In this document: positions 21,568 through 31,500 of the stretch, piece after piece
How the letters are laid out: every line of letters starts with the position of its first letter
How positions within the stretch are numbered: the stretch's first letter is position 1
NCBI GenBank assembly: GCA_964536215.1
Contig: CAZHWT010000002.1
Coordinates: 20,573-84,572, forward strand
Origin: an uncultured Candidatus Saccharibacteria bacterium
GTDB taxonomy: Bacteria; Patescibacteriota; CAZHWT01
Direction of reading: 5' to 3'
Length of the DNA: 64,000 nt
Program-made: the position numbers and the translations under genes
The notes under the pieces: model-generated
Databases searched by the model: none
What the model saw: the letters and a program-made list of their open reading frames with translations, nothing else
What the model was told of the DNA's origin: nothing

Positions 21568-22038
21568 TTATGAAGAGGTTGCCATCTTGCTTGCCAAGGC
21601 AGACAAGAACGAGGTTGGCGTCGGCACTGATGCCATGTCCATCTGTTCTTGGGCATAGCGCACTACTACCCCGTTTAGAACAGCATCGCAGACTCTCAAG
21701 ATCTGAATAACGGTTGCGTCCTCCAACATGGACGCAGAGTCGCCTACATCAAGAAAACTTGTCAGGCAGCCTCGTTTGCGATCAAACGAAATCATTAAGA
21801 TGGTGTGTGCGGATCTCAACGGTGAGATAAAAACGGTGACGTAGTTAGACTGGTCCTTAACCGTCACGACGTTACCCGAGATGATGCCTGTGTTCTCACA
21901 CCAAGCAAGACCACTTGAAGTTGGCATAACAGTCCAGCCAACTTCTGAGCTGAAAAAATCGACGCCAGCCTGCTTGAGTGCGGTAGCTAAGTCTTGAGCT
22001 ACGGGCGAAACAAATGCAACCGATGATGCAGCTTCCAT
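21568..22038 (-). CDS. Hypothetical protein
   Basis: GGAG RBS; promoter at 22078-22105; terminator 21516-21543. Confidence 0.65.
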   Translation of the reverse strand: MEAASSVAFVSPVAQDLATALKQAGVDFFSSEVGWTVMPTSSGLAWCENTGIISGNVVTVKDQSNYVTVFISPLRSAHTILMISFDRKRGCLTSFLDVGDSASMLEDATVIQILRVCDAVLNGVVVRYAQEQMDMASVPTPTSFLSALASKMATSS

Positions 22039-22266
22039 TTTTCTTCTCTCCAATGCCTGCAATATTGCAGGATACAAATATACTACTATAGGTTACTAAT
22101 GTCAAGTTGGAATTGGCTAACTTTTGCATAGAACAAACAAGTATATCCTATAATATATTGATTATATAACTATAACGTGATATCATCAGCTCAGATTTTT
22201 ACTCGCATCACAAATGCGACAAAAGTCTTGCCCTTTAACAACTTGTGTTTGTGCAGGAGCAATTCT

Positions 22267-22821
22267 ATGGTTAGACAGGTTAGCGCCAAGGTGGTGCCGC
22301 GTAAAAACGGCATTATTCTTCTTGGACAAGCTGGAGAGGTGAGTATTACAGCCACAATAACAGTTCGCGATCAACGCCGCATTTATCGACAGTCTATGGC
22401 AACGGTAAGAGGCTTAAGGGTCTTTGCCGCCGCCAAACTGATCACAGAAGCCGCTACAAACCGATTTCTCGTTGCGGTGCAGCAAGAATTGTATTGGGAA
22501 GGACGGCAGATTTGGTCCGTTATAGACCCACTGGTTGGTAGCCGGGCCATTTATTCTTACCCTGAGAAAGTTTTTTCTTTTCCCAGGGACATGAAATTAG
22601 ATGGCGCTTGGGTATTGCAGTCCAGCATTGCCGTAGTGAGCATGGAGTCATTGCCAGAGTTAGGCAGAGACAGATTTCTGCAGGCTCTGCAGTACAATCC
22701 GCTCGGTCGCATGGAGTGGTACATTTACCACAACGAGCTCCTGGTGACGCCGACTGGTGAACGAAGGCCGGAAGTACCTCGCCCACGTCAAGATGTGGTC
22801 GTTGACATGAACGACATTTAG
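22267..22821 (+). CDS. Unknown protein, first gene of the ubiquitination-like operon
   Basis: AGGAG RBS; 17 bp from the next gene. Confidence 0.7.
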   Translation: MVRQVSAKVVPRKNGIILLGQAGEVSITATITVRDQRRIYRQSMATVRGLRVFAAAKLITEAATNRFLVAVQQELYWEGRQIWSVIDPLVGSRAIYSYPEKVFSFPRDMKLDGAWVLQSSIAVVSMESLPELGRDRFLQALQYNPLGRMEWYIYHNELLVTPTGERRPEVPRPRQDVVVDMNDI

Positions 22822-22838
22822 CAAAGGTGGTGTCTGCT

Positions 22839-23378
22839 ATGCCATACCGTTGGTTTTCAACCTATCATGAGAACAATTGGAGTCCTCAACGGGGCTACAA
22901 TGAGCTATTCGCCAAAGAAGTCCAGCAGGTCAGGGCATTCTTTTTCCTCGAACGAGTTTCGTTTGGGTTAGACCGGGGCGTAGGAAAATGGCGGAAATAT
23001 AACCGTGATGGAACAACGTATTATGCTCGCGTCAGTCAGTTTGAGTGGGGTAAGCTTTCTAAACTGGTAAAGTTTGAGAGCCCTGAATTCAGATTGCAGC
23101 TCGAGCTATCCACGAAACAGCATCAATCAGGTGTCTTTTTTAAAAAAAGCCTGGTTTTAGTATTTCCAACCAATTACCCTCGGGCTCGGCCTGACTGCAT
23201 CGTCGACTCTGCTCGATATCGCCAGCTCAGTGCATCCCACGATCATCACACATTTTCTAATGGTTGGATGTGTTTGACCAGCGATCAAAAACAATGGTCA
23301 GATGCATGCATGGCCGTAACGGCTATCAACTGGGCCGTAGAGTGGATTCATTTTCACTATACGACCTTTGGATTTTAG
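22839..23378 (+). CDS. E2/UBC-like ubiquitin-conjugating fold protein (E2a)
   Basis: FPTNYPRARP, HHTFSNGWMC (UBC HPN...G.IC equivalent), then W and a C-terminal helix. Confidence 0.78.
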   Translation: MPYRWFSTYHENNWSPQRGYNELFAKEVQQVRAFFFLERVSFGLDRGVGKWRKYNRDGTTYYARVSQFEWGKLSKLVKFESPEFRLQLELSTKQHQSGVFFKKSLVLVFPTNYPRARPDCIVDSARYRQLSASHDHHTFSNGWMCLTSDQKQWSDACMAVTAINWAVEWIHFHYTTFGF

Positions 23379-23392
23379 AAAGGATGGCGGGA

Positions 23393-23983
23393 ATGCGCCA
23401 CTGGTTTACAACCTACACCGGAGCTGATTGGACGCCGCAACAATATGGCTATAACAGCCTATTTGCTGAGCATGTCCAGGTCATTCGCGATTATTATCGC
23501 CTCCGTAAACAGCGGCCAGGAGCAGAAATTGGCACTGGATACCGGCGCCAATACTCTCTTCAGGGCAAAGATTGGTCAATCGAAATTACGCGGTTTAGTT
23601 GGGGCAAATATCGCCGAGTTGGGAACGATTTAGTCGATAATGTTGGAGGCGACTACATCACCCCTCACTTGGAGTTGGAGTTTGTCATTTACGATAGCAC
23701 CGGACAGGTATTCATTAGTGATATCCCGATGGTGATCGAATTTGCGCCAGACTTCCCTGCCTCACCACCAAGGTTCCGATTGGATTCAGATCAGTATCGA
23801 GCCTTTAGTGGCACCGATGCCTCTCACCACATCCATAAAGGTGGATGGATGTGCATTATGGGCGGGGGGTACAGCTCTCGCTATACTACTTCGGAATGGA
23901 ATCCTGACGTCGACACTATTCTGGCCGGCCTTCACCGGGCATTTGACTGGATTGTGTGGCATCAGACCAAGTATGGATGGTGA
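23393..23983 (+). CDS. E2/UBC-like ubiquitin-conjugating fold protein (E2b), paralogue of E2a
   Basis: FAPDFPASPP, HHIHKGGWMC and EWNP; N-terminus aligns with E2a. Confidence 0.8.
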   Translation: MRHWFTTYTGADWTPQQYGYNSLFAEHVQVIRDYYRLRKQRPGAEIGTGYRRQYSLQGKDWSIEITRFSWGKYRRVGNDLVDNVGGDYITPHLELEFVIYDSTGQVFISDIPMVIEFAPDFPASPPRFRLDSDQYRAFSGTDASHHIHKGGWMCIMGGGYSSRYTTSEWNPDVDTILAGLHRAFDWIVWHQTKYGW

Positions 23984-23988
23984 CAACC

Positions 23989-25266
23989 ATGACCGACAAC
24001 GCTGAAAAATCCACTCAGCAATCTGAATCGACGCCTGCTGCGAATGAACAGGCATCAATACTGTCCCCAGAAACCGCGACACCGCCTCAGAAAAAGTTAA
24101 ACTCGATCCTGGCCACCCTGAGAAAAATATTTTTCAATGGGTCCGAATCGAACACTGTATCTGAGGATGAACTGTTGGTTAAAGATCGAGCACCTCGCTC
24201 AGAGGAGTCGTCAGTAGTAATTGGGCCAACATTAGCAGAGCTTCTGGATAAGGCTCAAAAGCCTCATTCGGAAACGCCCTCAGCACCGCGGCCAAAACGG
24301 TTCGTCATTCCGCGCGTCGAGATTACCGCTGAGGTTATGTGCGTGATGGCCCAGGAAGTCATAGACAATGCCCATCAAGAGACCTCGTGGGGACTATACG
24401 GTATCCGCGATAGTCGCGATCAGGTCGTTATCTGTGGGGTATTGCTGCCAGATCACACCGTCCGTCGTAGTGTTGGCAATACAATATTTGGTTCGCCAAG
24501 TTATGGTGAAGAGATACGCTGGCTGAAAGCCAGTTATGAGTTTCGCAAAAAGCATGGCCTCGTGCCGGCAGATACCGAGCTCGAGTTCCTGTTCAAGGGA
24601 CACTCCCACCATACTCTAGGACTGCGGCGGTATTCTCCCACAGATATAGCATCCATTAAGGATGCAGTATCTAGTGGTTTAAGAATCGCCATTGGGCCAT
24701 TGGCCAACATTGACCGATTAGACCGCAAAGCCGATATCCGCTCAAGTGGAGATCGTGGTGCACTGACTATTCAAACAGGCAATTCCGTTACCTTCCATTT
24801 TTATTACCTATCACAGATGATGGTTGAAAATGGTATACGGGAGCCTGTCCTGATTCAACCGCACATTCGTAACGATAACTCTGTTACTCCACCACCAAGT
24901 TGCTGGAAGTTCCGCAAAGCTGACCTCTTTAGTCGTCAGATATCGCGACTTGCATCACATGGCTGTACTGTAACAGAGCAGTGGGCTGGCCAAAAGGACG
25001 GTTCACTACGGATTGTACTGAAGTTGACTCATCCTCATTGGGCAGGCGAGCTAAAAATTAGCACACCACACAATTTTCCCGATTCAGCCACGGAGATTAC
25101 CCTCCCGGATGGCCAGAAACAATTGTTTGAGCCAATTTCTGGAGCGGCTAATCCAGGCCAACAATTTGACCTGCTCGATATTGTTGTCGAGCTAGAACGA
25201 GAAGGAGCATTGTATGACCATGCAGTTGTATCGGACTCAGGGAATCCTGGACCTAAGCCAAGTTAG
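23989..25266 (+). CDS. JAB/MPN+ metallopeptidase fused to a C-terminal truncated E2/RWD-like fold
   Basis: ETSWGLYG...HSH-x8-SPTD JAMM-like motif; C-terminal TPHNFPDS. Confidence 0.75.
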   Translation: MTDNAEKSTQQSESTPAANEQASILSPETATPPQKKLNSILATLRKIFFNGSESNTVSEDELLVKDRAPRSEESSVVIGPTLAELLDKAQKPHSETPSAPRPKRFVIPRVEITAEVMCVMAQEVIDNAHQETSWGLYGIRDSRDQVVICGVLLPDHTVRRSVGNTIFGSPSYGEEIRWLKASYEFRKKHGLVPADTELEFLFKGHSHHTLGLRRYSPTDIASIKDAVSSGLRIAIGPLANIDRLDRKADIRSSGDRGALTIQTGNSVTFHFYYLSQMMVENGIREPVLIQPHIRNDNSVTPPPSCWKFRKADLFSRQISRLASHGCTVTEQWAGQKDGSLRIVLKLTHPHWAGELKISTPHNFPDSATEITLPDGQKQLFEPISGAANPGQQFDLLDIVVELEREGALYDHAVVSDSGNPGPKPS

Positions 25267-26134
25267 GCAGCAAAAGCTGCTGGTGCTTGGTCTAGGTAGC
25301 GTCGGTTCGCTATGCGTAAGCAATCTAGCCTACCCATGGCGGCAAATTGTCCTAGCTGACCCAGACACTCTGGAGCCAGAGAACATTGAACGCCATCTGC
25401 TAGGCCACGACGGCAACATCGGTCAACCTAAGGTTGACGGTGTTAAGCGATGGCTCGTAGATCGGGGCATGCAGGAGCAAAATATTACCGCCTATCATGG
25501 TAATGCTCTTGACATTCTTGATCAGCACACAGACGCCGATCTGGTGCTCGTTGCAATTGACAAACGTCGTGTCCGCGATGCAATTAATGGCTGGTGTTAT
25601 TCTCATCGAATCCCAGCTATGTATGGCGGCGTTTATCCTAAAGCCGTCGGTGGGCATATCATGGTTATACCGGATCCCCACCAAGCATGCTATCTGTGCG
25701 CCGAACACCTAATGGGTGGCGATACACAGGATAGCAAGGAGGTTAATTATGCTGTAGATATCACTCAAATTAAAGACGAGAGTGATATGGAGGCGGCTGT
25801 CGCTCTTCGCGCTCCAATCAATGCCATTGCCACTACCATGGCCAATCTGGCACTTGATTTTCTCAAAGGAAGTACGGTAGAATCCCAGGTATTCATTCAG
25901 GTGTTTGCCGAATGGGAAAATATCGTCATGTTGCCTCATCAGCACCCGGTTGTCGAAGCTTCTTCGCACTATGCGGAGCAGCTAAAGAAGACCATGCTGA
26001 TGCCAACAGAGGAGGTTCAAATTGACGGCCAATGGGCCGTTATAAATCGACGTAATACTACGGCTCAGTTGAGCTTGTATCGGTGGGCAAAGTGCCCGCT
26101 TCATCTTGCTCGTGTTGAGCTTGATCAAATTTAG
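25214..26134 (+). CDS. ThiF/MoeB/E1-family adenylyltransferase
   Basis: GLGSVG, DPDTLEPENIERH, IGQPKV, AID, CYLC and terminal CPLH; GAAGGAG RBS. Confidence 0.92.
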   Translation: MTMQLYRTQGILDLSQVRQQKLLVLGLGSVGSLCVSNLAYPWRQIVLADPDTLEPENIERHLLGHDGNIGQPKVDGVKRWLVDRGMQEQNITAYHGNALDILDQHTDADLVLVAIDKRRVRDAINGWCYSHRIPAMYGGVYPKAVGGHIMVIPDPHQACYLCAEHLMGGDTQDSKEVNYAVDITQIKDESDMEAAVALRAPINAIATTMANLALDFLKGSTVESQVFIQVFAEWENIVMLPHQHPVVEASSHYAEQLKKTMLMPTEEVQIDGQWAVINRRNTTAQLSLYRWAKCPLHLARVELDQI

Positions 26135-26147
26135 AAAGAGGACAGAC

Positions 26148-26375
26148 ATGGTTAGGGACTTTAGCGCTGAGAATGAAATTCCCGAAGTCGAAGTGATCGA
26201 TCCGGGTGGAGCTCCGCAGGGGCTGGGGAACCGCTTCTTCGGCAATATTCCCGGTTTGGGAACGGTGCAACGGGCTATCCAGCCTGTTGAGATTGTCGAC
26301 GACGAGGGAAGGCCGGCAATGATGCAGGACGACGCTGGCATCCAGGCTGCTTCAAAGCGGCACACGTTTGCCTAA
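26148..26375 (+). CDS. 75-aa peptide ending KRHTFA; candidate conjugated modifier
   Basis: GAGG RBS 13 bp after the E1 stop; followed by the operon terminator. Confidence 0.75.
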   Translation: MVRDFSAENEIPEVEVIDPGGAPQGLGNRFFGNIPGLGTVQRAIQPVEIVDDEGRPAMMQDDAGIQAASKRHTFA

Positions 26376-26397
26376 ATCACTGCCACTAGGTAGCAAC

Positions 26398-26433
26398 GCC
26401 CGAGGGATATTCTATATCCCCCGGGCATTTTTT
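26398..26433 (+). terminator. Rho-independent terminator closing the operon
   Basis: GCCCG-A-GGGATAT/ATATCCC-C-CGGGC stem with T-run. Confidence 0.8.
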
Positions 26434-26495
26434 ATGCATAAAAAACCGGAGCAGCAGATACATTGACTGTATCCACCGTCTCCGGTTATATACTC

Positions 26496-27788
26496 CTATC
26501 CTCCCGCTCGAGATTGCTTAGCGGCCGTATGGTGTTGCTCAGCCAGCAGCGCCACAAAGGAACGGCGCTCTTGAATGACTTTAACCTTGGCACTTAGGAT
26601 AGCTGCGTCCATCTTTCCGCCGCCTAAGCTGATGTACTCCAGTCTTTCCTCCTCTTTCTGTAATTGTCGAAGCACGTCTTCCGGCATGTCGTAAATAAAC
26701 ATCAGGCAATATTCCCAGGTCTGATCAAAATCAACCTCGAGTTGAATCAAATCTGACTGGACTTTCTCGACCTGAGCTAAGAGAGTTGCCTTGCTATCTC
26801 GCACCATGCTCAACGACTGCTTGGCTTGCTGGATAATTATGTCAGCGTCCACCATGGCTTGGATAGCTTCTTGCCAGTTTTGCGCATCCATACTAATCTC
26901 GTGCTGCAGTTGTGGCAGACGGGACCAGCAGTGGTTTATGACTTCTACTGCTGCCTTGAATATCCGACGTGGTTCCTCAAGGCAAGAGTCTGCATAGATG
27001 TCGGCGATCTCATTGATAACCTGCTCAGTCTGAGGGATATCCTTCACCCGCGCATCAGTCACTTCAGCAATAAACTCGCCAAGCGCCTTTTCGGCCCGCC
27101 CCTTGAACTCCACAAGCTTTTTTATTTTGCGCCGCGTGGCTACGAGGTGCTTGTGGTATTGCTTAGCCAAATCGGCTGCCATAAAAGGGTTCTGGTTCTG
27201 CTCACGAATCGCCTGTTCTAGTAGGTCCTTAGTTCTCAGGCATTCCTGATAAAACGGCTGGACCTGGTATTGCTGTCGAGCCAGTTCGTTTAATTCGCCG
27301 ACAGTCCTATGCAGCAAGTTCTCGGTTACTCGAATAGCTGCTTTTACTTCAACATAAGCAGCAGACAAGTTCTGCATCGCTGCTATTTGCTGCTGCATTG
27401 AGGAAGCCAAATGGACAAAGTTAGTATGGAGTAGTGACGACTTTCTGATCACAGCTTCAAATTGGTATTTTGAAGTAACGCGCCCCTCATTCCACTCTTG
27501 TACGAACTGAGACCAGGAGGTCGCCAATTCGTTATACCTGCGAAGACTGGCACTATACTCAGCCTCTCGCTGAGTAATCATTTCTGAATCGATTTGCAGT
27601 TGGGCCAGTTGATTCCAAGCGTCACGTAATTGTGAGCATAATTGACGAACTTCACGCTCCTTAACTGGAACTGCAACTACTTGTCGTGTCGCAGTCTGAC
27701 GAGCCTGATCAAAGGCTGACCAATTGGTCAGTCCGACCAGGATACCAATAAGCACTACTGCCACCAGTAGTGGAAGCCATATTGCCAT
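26496..27788 (-). CDS. Membrane-anchored long coiled-coil protein (EzrA-like architecture)
   Basis: N-terminal TM; helical Q/E/A-rich body; GGAGG RBS. Confidence 0.7.
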   Translation of the reverse strand: MAIWLPLLVAVVLIGILVGLTNWSAFDQARQTATRQVVAVPVKEREVRQLCSQLRDAWNQLAQLQIDSEMITQREAEYSASLRRYNELATSWSQFVQEWNEGRVTSKYQFEAVIRKSSLLHTNFVHLASSMQQQIAAMQNLSAAYVEVKAAIRVTENLLHRTVGELNELARQQYQVQPFYQECLRTKDLLEQAIREQNQNPFMAADLAKQYHKHLVATRRKIKKLVEFKGRAEKALGEFIAEVTDARVKDIPQTEQVINEIADIYADSCLEEPRRIFKAAVEVINHCWSRLPQLQHEISMDAQNWQEAIQAMVDADIIIQQAKQSLSMVRDSKATLLAQVEKVQSDLIQLEVDFDQTWEYCLMFIYDMPEDVLRQLQKEEERLEYISLGGGKMDAAILSAKVKVIQERRSFVALLAEQHHTAAKQSRAGG

Positions 27789-27940
27789 TGAACACCTCCT
27801 TGGAAGGCAAGGCTAATCAACGTTGTAAACGTGCTGAGGCTAATAAAAGGCTCAAACGGATTATATCACAAAATACATAATTATAGGGTTTATTTGAATC
27901 GATGAATTATATTTATTAATACTAAGAGTCTCAGTAAAAA

Positions 27941-27976
27941 ATGGCTTCACTGGATATAGTTGTCCAGTGAAGCCAT
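27941..27976 (-). terminator. Terminator hairpin
   Basis: ATGGCTTCACTGGA/TCCAGTGAAGCCAT with an adjacent A-run on the + strand. Confidence 0.75.
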
Positions 27977-27999
27977 TGGTGGTTAAGCAAGGCTAGCTA

Positions 28000-28167
28000 T
28001 TAGCTCTTCTTGCCACCGTTGTTGCCACCCCCGCCCTTGAGCGAGTCGTGGTGATCTTTCTTTTTCTCAAAGTTTTTAGACTTTGAGGAGTCGTCGGCCT
28101 TTTTTTCTCGGTCTCCTGACTTTTTGTTGCCGAACGGGGTATAGTTGGGTTTAGGCTTGTTTGCCAT
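28000..28167 (-). CDS. Small Lys/Gly-rich low-complexity protein
   Basis: GGAG RBS before MANKPK; downstream terminator. Confidence 0.55.
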   Translation of the reverse strand: MANKPKPNYTPFGNKKSGDREKKADDSSKSKNFEKKKDHHDSLKGGGGNNGGKKS

Positions 28168-28512
28168 GCTCCATCTCCTGGAGTATGCGGCAGATACCGC
28201 GCAGTGCTCAGACTCCCTAAGCGAGGCTATGGTACCACAATTATATGTAAAGCACAATAGTAAAACTAAAAGGTTACATTAGCGTAGCGGAAGCTGTTGT
28301 AGGAGTATAACGTCGTGGCTATGATCCGACTAACAATTCTCACACTTATCTTTACCACAGAATATCTCACATGATTGCCGGTGCAAGCTTAAGTGTCGGT
28401 TAGTAAAAGTTTATACTAGTAGCTGTCAAAAGTATTGGACAGAAATTGGCAATGGAATAACGGTCATCTAGCCATGGAATGGCCTCCAGTTCAGATGCTA
28501 TACTTGATTCTA

Positions 28513-31500
28513 ATGTCCTCTGAATTTGGTACACCCCCACCAGATAAACTGCAATTGGTTGAGAAAGCTGACGCTCCTGCATTAAAGCAAGCCCCACTGC
28601 ATACACACCGACCTGTTGAGATTCAACACATCGAGCATAGTACTAATATAGATACTAGCTATGGCGAGAAAACCTGGCATCCATCGCAGTCTATTGTCGA
28701 TTTGCTTCAGAACCACCTCGACGCTAATACTTCTGCCTTTGAAAAGTCACGCCTCAAATTAGTTGGTATATCGGAATACAAACCTGATCAACAGGCCATC
28801 CTGGAGTCAATGTCCCTCTTTGCGGCTGAAACAGATCCTGTCGTCCAAGAAGTACACTTTCATAAGCTTGTGGCGCTACTTGAATCATCCTCTGGCATTA
28901 GCACACTGCTTCAGGATAGCCAACAGAATATGAATGCATTATGGCAGCAGCTTCAAGAGGTAAGGTATGAAGTCCCAGAGCTTAAGCTGAAGCTAAGCAA
29001 CGGCCAAACAAGTAAATTCGTGTCCTATACAGAAGTGGCGACGGAGGACTCCGAATGGCAGGTCGTTGGTTACCTTATAGCAGATAATGGGCCCGGCTTT
29101 GATCATGCGCTGCTTGGCCTGATGGGTGCTACAACTAAAGGCGAAGATGACAATAGACGAGGTGGATTGGGTGAAGGGTTAAAAATGAGCCTAGCCCAGT
29201 TGAATAGGGTTGGCGCGGATGTGCGGATCCTGTCCCGGAATACCGACCAATCGTGGTGGCTTAAGCCCCAGGTTAATGACGGGCTTTTGTCGCTGGATGG
29301 TACGGCTGTCGATCGGAAGCTGACAGTTCAATCGCCATCGGAAGGGTCTCGGACAATGGTTGATCTTAGTCAAGCCAATATGACAGACCTGCAATGGAGA
29401 GAAATTCGGAACATCTTGGATAGTCGAATCTCGCCCGAAGGCATTGCTAAGTATGTCCTGGAGTTCCATCCCGACATAGCCCCAGAAAAGCTCGAAGGCG
29501 ATGCCTTGTTTCAGAATGAAGTGCCAGCTGGGCGGGTGTACGTTAAAGGACTGCTGGTTGAGGAAGATCGGTCAGATTTACTTTGGAGCTACAACTTATC
29601 GGACAAATGGGCCATTTCTGGCCGCGATCGCAAGACGGTTGATGTAGCCATACTTGACGTAGCCATTATCGACAAGTTGACTGACTTGACAGACTACGAG
29701 TCTATCTTGCAGATAGTCCGACTAATGAATGATCCATCCACAGATATCATTCCCCGGGAAGTAAGATGCCTGCGGTTTATCTATAAATTGCCGGAGTCTC
29801 AGCAGTCACTCTGGCGACAGGCAATAGAGGAAGTATTTCATTTTGAGTCAGGTAAGACTGTGTTCTGCCCATCGAATGCCGACTTTGAACATAAACGATT
29901 AGCCGAACAACGCGGCTATACATTGCTGGTCGTCAGGCCAGAGATTTTATCCATGTTATCCATTATTTCCGCAGCCTATGATCCCTCGCCTGTCTATAGA
30001 TTAGATGAACTTGTGAAGCAGCTCACTGCATCGGACGAATCAACTGAAACGATTGATAAAACTTTTAACGCCGTGCTCCATCATATGGTAGAAAGCTATG
30101 CAGCTGATAATCTGGCTACAATCCCGCGCAGTCAATATCAATTAGGCAATCTGTCTTTTGTGCACAAAACAAATAGTAATGCAGATAGATTTATGACCGA
30201 CTTCCCATATTGGGTAGACTGGTATAAGGATACGATCGCAGTTGATACCGACGCCATCTCTAATGGCTTTGCTCGCGATGCCGATTTGCTGCTAGCCACA
30301 GAGATGTTCTTCGAATGGAAATCGTCATTCACTGACGAAGTACAACATGCCTTGGGTCAAATGGTGGCCAGCGCAGTGCTTCGTCATCACCCGGAGCTGT
30401 TCGAAGTGGCGTTGCCAAGTCATATTGCAGAGCGCATTGCTGTAGATGTGCCTAACATTGGCTACACTAATGAACAGCGTCAGAAAGATGCTGTAAAAAT
30501 TGCCTTCGACTACTTAGAAGCACAGCTTTATCATTTAGCAACCGATGAGGACCGCCAGCAATTTCTAGCGTCAATTGAGGCGACCAAGCAGTTATTGGCT
30601 GGGACGGACGCAGATATAGTCAAATCTGTACCACTGTCTTCGTTTATATACCTACCATTTCATGTTGCTGGTCAACTAAAATGGGTTACTGAAGAGCTAG
30701 AGGTAGCTGACAACGCAAAGGATTTTCCATGGCTAAAACTGCGTCGATCGCCGGATGAAATAGATGATTTACAATCCCTTAATTATATGCTCTTGGATAT
30801 ACCTGTAGGGCAATACAAATCCTACGGATATAAGGCCGGCGATCAGAAAGGACGATTGGTTATATCAAGGACGGACTATGGATATAGTGTTGATCGTATC
30901 GAAGATATCCTGACAGCATCTGACACTTCAAGCCACAATCAGGCTGCTATCGATGAAAAGGCCGGGGACAATGTTCAATCGTTTATCTTGGGCGATTTGT
31001 TATATATAAATCTCAATCAGCCGGATGCTCAATTTTATGAAATTCCCACTCCTCAAACTACTCCGCTTCCAGAAAAAAATCGGGGTTTAGAATTTATTTC
31101 GGCTAACACGACGTTAGATTATGGTAGCAAAGTCTGGAGTGATCCCAAGCGCATCCTGATCGATGCTATTCAGAATCATCGTGATGCCAATGGTGGTCAG
31201 CCGCCACGCATTACCTTCCAGATTAGTAATAGCCAGGGCGAGACTATGGATGTAGATATGGCCGCCCTCACTGGCATGCCTTCAGATTGGGTGATTGTGA
31301 GCGTGTCAATTGAAGATCATGGCACGGGATATACCACTCCATATCTGGTGCAAATGGGGAGTAGTACCAAAACTGATGCAGACGCAGGTAAGTTTGGAGA
31401 GGGGCTGAAGATGTTGACCGCCGCAGCTACGCGCCAGCAGATTGACCTCCGGTTGGAATCTAAGGATTGGCAGGCTTCTCCTACTTCAACAACCGAACAA

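Noticed and set aside
8099-22038. Prophage
   Set aside because: Many orphan genes, but monocistronic, in mixed orientation, interleaved with ordinary enzymes, and with no structural, terminase or integrase genes.
22267-26375. Type II CBASS, or thiamine/molybdopterin biosynthesis
   Set aside because: No CD-NTase or effector, no ThiS/MoaD with GG, and no cofactor biosynthesis genes nearby.
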